NCBI GenBank assembly: GCA_904063045.1
Contig: CAJFCJ010000029.1
Location: 372,001 to 436,000 of the forward strand
Direction of reading: 5' to 3'
Source of the DNA: Dimorphilus gyrociliatus
Lineage: Eukaryota > Animalia > Annelida
Length of the DNA: 64,000 nt
Shown: piece by piece, positions 54,091 to 64,000 of the stretch
How positions within the stretch are numbered: position 1 is the stretch's first letter
Layout of the letters: every line of letters starts with the position of its first letter
Position numbers and translations under genes: made by a program
The notes under the pieces: model-generated
The model's input: only the letters and a program-made list of their open reading frames with translations
What the model was told of the DNA's origin: nothing
Database searches by the model: none

Positions 54091-56131
54091 GGAAGCGAAG
54101 AGAAAGAAATATTATCAGTTTAACAGAAAGCGAAAGAGAGAAGACATATATATGTGTAAAAGAGAGTAAGAGAGGAAAGAATAATGATTATAAGAATATT
54201 TTGTCCACTGCCTTTTATAGTCTTTTTTATTTCCTTTTGCTTTTTATAATAGAAACCTATTGAATGTTAGCCTTCATCCCTTTTTGTACTACTATCCCTT
54301 CCTTAGGCCATCTATACTAACTATGCTCCTTTACGGCTTTACATACCACACGCATACACTCTGACTTTATAGCAATTTATTTCGCAAAATGGCAAACAAC
54401 TCGTACTTTGCATACTCACGCTCTGCTCAATAGATTAACGCGTATAGCCGTTTTATATAAAAATTCGTTCCGTGGGCTCTTTTATATCACATAGGCCTAC
54501 TCTAGTAGGCTCGTAAATCGACCGTGTTGATAATAACATTTATACGAATCGAAAGACAAACGAAAAAACGTTTTGGCTGAAAAATACGATTATAAATCAT
54601 TTAAACATTAGCCAGACATAAGAAAGGGGAAAAAGCTGACTTTTTCATTCTTCTTCACCCAAGTATTATTTATTATAACCGTCTTATGGGTAATTCGGTA
54701 ATGACAAATGCGTCGGTTAGTAGAGTATACATCTAAATTGCAGGCTAAAAAAGAGTAATGAAAAATGGTTACAGATGCGAGTATATGCCGCTCGTAAAAT
54801 ATTATTATCATTTGTAATTTCGAATGTCAGACGTTTTATTGTAAAATTCACTTTGTAGAATGCCGGCGGCAGATGATTGACGGGCGAGCTCATGGAATAA
54901 TTGAGGCGTAGATATAACAGAAAAAAAGAATAATTGCTCTAGACGGCCCCCTAAAGCCGATTCGTACAATGCTTTCGTATAGCATAATGGCTCATTTACG
55001 ATGATTAATTACCAACTTTATTTATAACTCTTTTTCACAATTTAACAAGCCTTATGCAACTTTTGAATTGTTAGAATAATAGTAAAATAAGAATAGCGTA
55101 TGTCTAAAGCGCTTATAGGTATTTGATTTACGACCTCCCATGTTATGTTTGTATTCTTCATGTCTTATCCGAAACACAGACTTGGGTAAACGGGAATTGC
55201 AATACCTAGAAAATAAGACGAGAAATTAAATATTTAAGGGAAGGTTATGTATTTCTTCGCCTTATCACTTCCAACTCCGACGTCTAATGACTTACTAAGC
55301 CTCTGTAATGAATTGAGTTAACGCTTCCGTGCTTCCGGTTGATTTCTGCTTCAAAGGAAAGACTTAATTTCTGTCCTGTTAGCTTAACATATACAAGATA
55401 ACTTTTACGTTACGTTTCCACCACCGATTAATTTAACTTTAGAATTAAATATTTAAATGTCAGCTGTTGCACGACTCGATCAATCATCGTGATTGATTAA
55501 GCGCTCGTTCTACTCATCAACTAATTATTGACTAGTCCCACTCTGTTTTTTTCGGCCTATGACCTAACACCAGAAAATAGTATGCAAATAGGCTTAGCAC
55601 AGGTCTGTGTATAATTATCTACAAACCGAATACACGTATAATACCTAAGAATATACTAAATTCGTTGCAAAGTTCTATATGTAAATGCGATAACGATTAT
55701 ACTTATGTTACTATATTCGAGTAGATTTATTCAGATACGTATCAGTGCTGGTGAACATGAAGTACATATATACAGTATATATCTTTCATAATTCATATTT
55801 AGATACCTTAGGAGCATGCAATAAAATTATACACATACACATACAAATATATAATTTACTATATGAATTAATAAAGTTTTTTTCACGCACGTTCGCACAT
55901 ATCGGCTCAATTTGTAAGAAGCATTTGACAGGTGAGATAAGAAAGAGCAAAGTGGAGATGGAAACGCAGGTGTAGAATGATGGAATAGGTCCGGAGAGAA
56001 GGGCGGACAGTTCTGACGTACGATGAATGCGGGCTCTTATCTCTCAATGCCGAGCAGCCGGCACATGTTGTACAGATCAAAGGCGGCGGGTCACAAAATT
56101 TATTGTCACTGAGGAGACGAAACCTTTAAGC

Positions 56132-56166
56132 CTATAAAAGGTGAAACGCCATCGTTCGCACACTCT
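56132..56166 (+). promoter_or_regulatory. TATA-Inr core promoter with no long downstream ORF
   Basis: CTATAAAAG 56132-56140; Inr-like CACTCT with A at 56162, 29 nt after the first T of TATA. Confidence 0.4.
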
Positions 56167-57080
56167 TTTAGACGCCACTCGACGCCTCGTGCAGCCACTC
56201 TGTTGGGTCGTTTGAAGTTTAGGAGCCGAGTCCGTCTCGGTGGGAGAGGCGGACATCAAGCTGGGAAAATGACGTTTAAATGGCGTTTTGCCTTTGAATT
56301 CGAGCGTCGATTAGCCGCTTTACGTCTCTGCTCGTCAAGTTTGCCAACGTCACATCAAACGCGTCCATTTACACGCCGCCAAGAATGACGGACGACGGCG
56401 TTTATTAGCTAATACGTTATACTAGCCGCAGCAAGACGCATCGTACTCTCGAAGATGAATTAGCAGCCAACTGCAGAATTCTGTTGGCTTTTCTCTACCC
56501 TCTCTTTTCCTTACCCAAACGCCAGAGCTCACACTCGCAGTCACGTTTTACCCTTTTCCAACGTCCAACAGACGAAATAGTAAGACGTTTAACGGGCACA
56601 AATCACGCCCGAATCGCCGCTGTCTTGCATTTCAATTGGCTTGAAGGGGTGGGGTAGGGAGGGAGGAGGTAGCGGCTCTCTTCTTTTCCTCCCTATTTAC
56701 CACACTCCTTGCCGTTACGCCTCCTCTCTAATATTAAAAGGAAGCGGTGTGCCGTCCATCAATCAAATCTTATAGGGCTGTATATGCTATAGACTTCATA
56801 TATATAAATACGCATAAAATCAAGTTTATACATAAAAGTATATAAACGAATATAAATAGCAAAATTCTATAGCTGATTTTTACGCAACGTGTGTTACACC
56901 CTTTCGTCTTTTATCCCTTGGCCTCCGCATGTATACGTGATTGCAAGGGCCGTTCGTAATCCACCTAAGCGTCTAGATGGCGAAAAGATTCTCCCGAGGG
57001 CGCCAACGAGCAGATTGCAGCCAACAAGTCATAGATCTTGTCATGACCGATCGCTCCCGTAGCTCCGACAGGAAAATATC

Positions 57081-57101
57081 TATATATATATATATATATA
57101 T
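57081..57101. repeat. (TA)10 microsatellite
   Basis: Direct reading. Confidence 0.9.
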
Positions 57102-60100
57102 GTCATTTATTGGTATGTGTCAAATGCACTACGTACTCTAAATATCTATATGTGCACATATAACGTTTTTTCAGTGTCATAGATAAATAGAAATCGTTAA
57201 AAGATAGAGGATATACATAAAATTTGTGCGTACTCATATACTAATAGAATACGGATGTAAAATAATATATTCAGCATAACCATTAATTCAATTTTATATC
57301 TTATATATATACTTACATTTTGTTATTTATACTATTTATACATACTAGTTATGATCTTCATACATTCAATATGTTTGAATACCAGGTGTCGCTGAAAATG
57401 ATATTGGAAAATTATTTTATGAATGTAGTCTATGTAAACACGTGTGCATTTCAATGTATTATAATTTAATGGAATAAAATAAATGAGAGTGACGTTTCTT
57501 GTATGCTTTCACGTAGGTAATATAAAGCAGTTAATGCCATCGAAAGTTCATGCTACTCCTACCGTATTCGACATAAAATTTTATACAATATAAACTGATA
57601 AACAGTGTACCCGCATAGATATATACAGCGGGCGCCAAACGTAAATCGAACGCATTAAATACCCATTGAAGCGAAACTTGACAAGCGCACAAAACTTGTT
57701 CGTTTTCTGACAGCCGGATTAACATGCTTGATTTATGACAGTCACCTTATTGCTTCGTTCCTCACGCTACAGTCCCATTTTTCAATCTATAGATGGCCTT
57801 AAGTGTGACAACGACGTTATTTACACGGAGATTTTCTCTTTTGTTCTTACTTCATCAAAGTAATAGTGCTATATGTATAAAAACAGAGTAAACTTCTTAG
57901 ACCCTCTTATATAGAGAACAAATTTTAGACTGATCAGAGGGGGGAAAGGGAAACCGGTGAAAAAACGAGCTAAAATATGAGTAATGTTGTTTACGGAACG
58001 TCCGAGTCCCTGCGGAAGATTTACGACCGAATAGACGACCGTAGCAGGGGCTTAAGGAGGGGCTCTTAGTAATACGGCCGCGGAGACCGAAAGACGAAAT
58101 TTCTATATCCAAGCAGGTGCCGTCTCGGTCACGCTTAGTGGCGCGCGTTGATTCTGGGAGACGAACGTTTCGAAGGAGACGCCGCCGCTTATAAAAACTA
58201 ACGCCCTTTCTTTAGCCGTTACTCAAATTTATGACTGCCTTACAATAGGGGGCGTCGGCGTTCATCCATAATTCATTTATGCCATGTTTTTCAAGTGTCA
58301 TTCGCGTGGCTGAATGATGGAACAGGGTTGGTTGGTTTGTCGATTTACATAAACACGAGCGCGCACACTTTGCCGTCGGCCTTGTACGTTTCCGGTTGGA
58401 CGGTTGAAATATAAAAGTGAATGGATGAAGAAAGATATCGACGTCATAGATCAAGGCAGTTTTGACAAAGTGTAGAATTACTGTTGGCCTTATCCGACCT
58501 CAATTGTGCTCTCTTCTAGCACCTCGCATTCATCATTTTCTCCTGCGCATGCTCGTCGATTAATTGACGTTGACGCGAATGCTGCTACACGTCATTTAAT
58601 CGCATTACGTTCTGCAATTGTCTTTGCTAAACGTCACTCGCCATTATCTACACTCTCCGGGCTCCAGTTTTGGTTCTATTTATTTTTCATTCTATTTTTC
58701 TTTTCCTATTACGTTAACAGTATTAGCCGTCGGTCATCTTTCGTCGGGATCTGTCTTTCTTTTTACTACTTTTAACAAGGCGGCTCCTTTCACTATAGTT
58801 AGATCACCTTGACGTCTATTCCTTAAATGACGCAACGCTGTTTAATATGACCGTCGATCAATAAACGCGTGTACGCACACGCGGCTCTCATTGATACGTA
58901 TCACATAAAAGGCGGCTCATATTGGAAGAGTATACGAATTGAATGGGTTGGGAGTGAAGGGAATGAAGAGAGGGTTGAAGATTGGCGGTCGTTCTCGCTA
59001 CGCTAAACGTACATAAAGCATCTGTCAACACTCGAAAGACGAAGCTTCATCAAAGGACACCAGGTGGCGTCGAGAGTGCCCGGGGCGACGTTGGGTCGTG
59101 CCCGCCACCCAGGAGGTGCATCGCCTAGCTCGTTCAAACGCTCTCTTTCCGCTTCTTTCGTAATTTATGGCTCCAATTCAAAAACTAAAAAACCAAACGA
59201 AAAAGACTTCTTAATGGCGAATTACGTCGTTATTACCCTTCTAAATGCATTCTTCTTTTGGCCAAGTAGATTACTGAAACAGTTTGAAAGTAATGACAGC
59301 TTTATTGGTCAAAATTAGTGGGCTTATTATGAGATTGATATACAGAAAAATATAAGAACGTGCTATTTTATAATACGAATGAAAGCTACGAGGAAACGAA
59401 CTTTCATTTACAGTAACAGTTGGGCATAGATGATATCAGCATACCGAAATGGAACAGCACACATAGAGTGGGCGTCTAATTCGAGACTTCGGAGGGTCGG
59501 AGGTGGCGCAGTCCATTAGAGGATTGTAGACGCCGATGACGGCTCGGCGTCTGCGGAGTCGTTCAACCGTAAACGGGGCTGCTCGTCGATGCGTTGCACG
59601 GTTTCGAGAGGAGGGGCGGAAAATGAGATGGCGGATGGTACTAGGATAAGAGCTAAAAGCGGAAGGGAACTAGAGAAAGAAAATTCGCATATTGCACGCG
59701 TATATGGAAATTCGATTGTGGGGCACGGCTGAGTAGCCGTATCTGTCGTGTTCGATGTAGCCGCCAACTAATACCGGATTACCGCAATGGCGAGCGCGCG
59801 TCAACTGCAATTGTCTCGGAAATGCTGCCGCCGCCGTTGTCGGTGTAGTAAAATGATTGGGAATGGCATTTGGTGTTCTTTGTACGATGGGCGTAAAAAG
59901 TATCTCAGACATAGTCGATCATAGATTGGAAGGATTGACGGAGGTCGTAATTTACGCGAGGCTAACTGACGGAGGTCAATGAAAGAAGCGACAAGGCGCT
60001 TTCTATCCGAAATGCCGGCTCGTTTATTATGCAACGAAAAACAAGCAATTACTGTACGATAAAGGGCGATAAGGAGATTGATGCTCGACTGGGTGGCGAT

Positions 60101-61240
60101 AAATTTGTGCGTGCTTTCGCACAAACCCATCTTCGCTTCTCTAACGCGACATGACGATGAATATTAATGATAGCCAGGCTACATATTCCTCTCAGCACGA
60201 TCATTATTTCTCCATCCATTTTGCACGCATTTAGCCTCCAGGGGACCACACCAAGTGATGGATGACAGCATCTTGCAGTTTGCCGTGTTTTGCTCATTTG
60301 TTTTCCATCGCTATTATCTCTCTTTGCCTTGTTTACGTTTCGCTCCTTTCCCGCGCTCGTTATTGCCAATTCGTCATTCGATCTACACGTGTTCGGGGCA
60401 GTTTTCCTTGTACTAAGATTTATTTTAGAGCTTTTTCTCAAGTTTATATGTAGGAAAAGGAAGGAAGAAGCTTTCTAAAAAAATTAGAAGAAGATTAAAG
60501 CCGATGCTTTTGACAGAGTAATACATTCTTGCAGATAGAGCGTTGGACTTGTGCCATCTCCAATTTGCTTAAGCTGCCACCGGTGGTAGCATTTATACAC
60601 TTTACAAACGTATATTTAAGTGTTAACCCTCTCTCATTTTAATACCTTTTACGATAAGTTACGGTTTTCGTACGTATTGTAACGCATTTATTATAAATAT
60701 GTATACAAATATACGGGGAAAGGAAGGTTGAGACACTTTACTGCTTTACAACGGCGAGTAATGAAATTTTTATCGCCCCATTGTCGCTATTGTCAAATGA
60801 TTTATGGCTTGTTTTATGCGAAAAAGCACCCATATATATTATTATACCAACGTACGAATAAATAAAGACGGAAAGGACAGTGAGAAGAAGGAGGTGGGGG
60901 AGGAGGAGTTAGGGATTTTGAGTCGAAAGGATTGATGAACTGACCGACGACGGCCGAAGGTCAAGCGGTCGCGACGCTTCGTAAAAGAACAAAGGCGTCC
61001 GTCGACCGGCTCCGGGTCAGGGGTGACGAGCCGAATGGCAATGAGTTGGAGCAGAGATGATTTATCGGTCAGTTGTGCATTAAAGTAATTCAATAAGGCG
61101 AGTAATATGCATGCTTGGCTGACAGTAGGTCGTGTTTGTCAGATGGCGCAATGACGGATAGAAAAAAGGGGGCGTGAATTTCTATCCTGCGTACCATACA
61201 CTATTCATCATATGTATATAAATTATATAGGAAAAAAGAC

Positions 61241-61243
<3 letters not shown>

Positions 61244-61283
<40 letters not shown>
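61244..61283. repeat. (TA)20 microsatellite
   Basis: Direct reading. Confidence 0.92.
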
Positions 61284-61286
<3 letters not shown>

Positions 61287-63566
61287 TCATGTTACAAGCA
61301 GTGAGTAGGATATATTTATAAATATATAAATATATTTAACTGCAACTAGCAATATAGCGTATTGGATGTACTACTCCTTATATAAATTAAATAATATATA
61401 CACTTATTCAAAAGCGTACTGTTTGTATGTTCTATATATCTATATATATTTATATACTTATATATATATTTTTCTCAAGCCTATAGGAAACAAAAGTTCT
61501 TTAAGTGATATGTGGCGGCAGATAGGAGACGCTGTCGAGTGCCGGTATGCTTTGAAGTTGACTGTAGAACTTGACGAGGCGCACGTTATCGCACAAAGCC
61601 TCTGTTGTATGGTACTCTGCTCGATTTATGATAGGCCCTTTGCTAACTCTGTCACCTGTCAACCTTATCGACATCAAACGTACCGCCGGCATACTCGCTT
61701 TGATTGATGGCGTCCGTTAGTGGTTTGATAAGGAGTAAAAATGACTACGCGCTCCCGCGTGCAAATTTTATCGTCGCGCTCCACGTGAAACGACAAACAA
61801 GTAAATAAACAGAACCAAACGAAGCGCGGTGATAATTAAGAGGTCGACTGTAACGATGACAAACAAGTAGAAATTCAGCCGTCTTAATTTCCTCACGCCC
61901 AGCCAGTCAGAATCATCTGACGCTCTATCCTAGCCAAATGACGCCCGTAGCGTTGGAGGCGTCTAAGCATTTTCGGTTTGGTTGTACTAACTAAAATGTC
62001 TAGGTGAGATCAAACGGCTAATTACTGATACTTGAATGCTCGGCGTTCTTTCACGAGCTTTTTATCGACACTTACGGCCTGACAACTTACTCTGAAATTC
62101 AACACGGTTAGTCAAAGCTTATAAAATAAGCGAATGCTTTCGACAAACATTGAAAGCGACAGGGCGTACGCAAATGCCGTTTTTGTCTTCCTTTTCAAGT
62201 CGACTTAAACGTTACGCGCGGCTTTCTTCAATTAAAAAATGGTGTAACAGAGCGTCTCTCGAGATGGCGCTAGACGTCCGTCCAGTAAGTAGATTAAAAT
62301 GAGAAAAACAAATTAGAAGCGGAAGATGAAGTTATCAAGAGGGAAGTTGGAAGTATGAAAAAGAACACGTGTTACCCATTCGACGCCAATTCGACGTCTG
62401 CGCCGTATATCATAAAAAGGATATATGAGGGCATAAAACGGAGCCTAATCACTCCAACCCTCTTTCCTTCCTAGCTCTTAGGTTGGAAATTAGCGTGTAT
62501 AGTGCACCGGAATGCGCAACGATGTCAGTACGGTGATAAGCGGCGATAAGCGTGACAAGCAGTCATAAATCAGCCGCTCGTGAATATGAAGGAAAGGTAC
62601 TCAGATAAGAGGAGAGGAGGGGGAGATGGGCTGCGGGGCAAGTAGCAAGCTAGTCGGATAGCAGCTGTGTCTGAAAACACGCAGGTTGATTTGTTTAGAC
62701 GTTGCCCCAGCTGACTTTCATCTTTGATGTATTATGGAGGGGAGGAGATGGGATAGGTGGAAAAGGGCCGAGGTAATGGTAAAAGAAAAATACATCTCTT
62801 ACCAGATTTTTACTTTATAAATTTACCTTACGACGTAAAAAAAATGTATAAATTCTATTTTATATCAATCATTGCTGTATTCTGTATACTATTTATAATA
62901 GTCGGAACTCCATTAGCTTATTAGATTAGATTCCTGAAGTTAATTTCGCAGATAATTCTTTGCGGGAGAGTTAAAATCATATCTTGTACGGCGCGCCAAC
63001 AGACGCGTTGCGTTATAAATGGACATAACCGCTCCCGACATCAACGCAATCTGACAACCATGAAGAGATGAAAGGGCTTCTGACAGATGCAAAAATACCG
63101 CGCTCTAGCAATATTCATCTTTCATTGCGTCGCTGAAAAACTACTCTGAATGTGTACTAAGTCGTAAAGCCATCATACTTTTCTGAAACGCAATGTGTAC
63201 ATGCTGCATATGTCACCTGAGCTTTAATTTACTATACCCTCATCACGCTAATACAGTACATACTAAATTGTGTGCATTCTCCCTTCAATCTTCTATTTAT
63301 TACCTTGTTACAGACTTTTATCCTTTCCCAAATAAATAAACGAGTGAAAATATACCGCATATAGCTGTAAAATAATATAAAAGCATGGAGAAAGGGGGAA
63401 AATGAAAGGGAATGAAAAATGACGTTCGCCGTCTCTTTCGTCTAAACAGAATCGACGTATCAATCAGCGTCGTTTGCGTCCGACCAACACAATTTGTGAC
63501 GAGTTGATTGACAAGCCGTCGTCGGAATGCCGCCTCGTTTCACTATGCTTCATTAATTTCACTACC

Positions 63567-63996
63567 GATGGCGACATCTGTCGATCAACGCTCTTATCTT
63601 GATGCAAAAATCTATTTGAGCGTTGAATGATTATCTCTTCCGGCTACAGATGGCGTTTTCAACGCCGATGAAATTCCTTTCCTCATTTCGACGATTTATG
63701 ATGAAAAGTTGTTTGGAAAAATTTTCTTCGTTCACGCGAGTGTGAATATGCATAAGTTGTGCCATTTCCCATTAGATAAAAAGCAATAGTGACGAAATAA
63801 CTCTTCGATATTGCGATGGGCGATTCCTCAAGAGATTTACGCCCGCTGACATCTTTCTGAATAGATAGTCTTAACATAAAAGTATTAGCTGATTTATATA
63901 AATATACGAAGAATTCGTAGATCCTTGATAGTTAGAAATTTTCATGAGATGTTGATTATCGGATAATTTCTCAACGTTTTATTTATGGCGCCATCT
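63567..63996. promoter_or_regulatory. Cluster of CTCF-like motifs at the right edge (dyad 63567-63578, plus 63648, minus 63989)
   Basis: GATGGCGACATC, GCTACAGATGGCG, ATGGCGCCATCT. Confidence 0.4.
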
Positions 63997-64000
63997 CTTG

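Noticed and set aside
59064-61707. Several 60-130 aa ORFs in the right-hand CpG-rich region
   Set aside because: Mostly non-ATG starts, overlapping on both strands, no domains or coherent splice structure; explained by lower stop frequency in GC-richer DNA.

Overview
Eukaryotic genomic DNA from a compact, AT-rich (roughly one-third GC by eye), apparently CpG-undepleted bilaterian invertebrate. Many introns are only 60-150 nt. The profile resembles a miniaturised protostome genome such as the annelid Dimorphilus gyrociliatus, but that is inference only. Reading splice sites by hand gives nine complete protein-coding genes: achaete-scute bHLH (3360-3869 +), stargazin/TARP-like CACNG (4 exons, -), INSM/nerfin zinc finger (+), synaptotagmin-4 (5 exons, -) head-to-head with a Tolloid/BMP1 astacin protease (9-10 exons, +), an FMRFamide-receptor-like GPCR (+), an uncharacterised ~457-aa protein (+), NK3/bagpipe homeobox (5 exons, +) and a Noc/Elbow/ZNF503-703 (NET) zinc finger (2 exons, +). 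There is also a partial minus-strand gene running off the left edge that the ORF track misses, plus candidate small ORFs. I saw no rRNA, tRNA, CRISPR array or recognisable transposase. The most notable non-coding structure is a window-wide set of CTCF-like AG[A/G]TGGC[G/A] motifs, partly convergent around genes. Also notable are a dense Hes/Hairy site module around the proneural gene, physical clustering of neurogenic/neurosecretory genes, and a 10-kb CpG-rich gene-free region after noc containing a TATA-Inr promoter. All coordinates and counts were made by eye and should be confirmed computationally.
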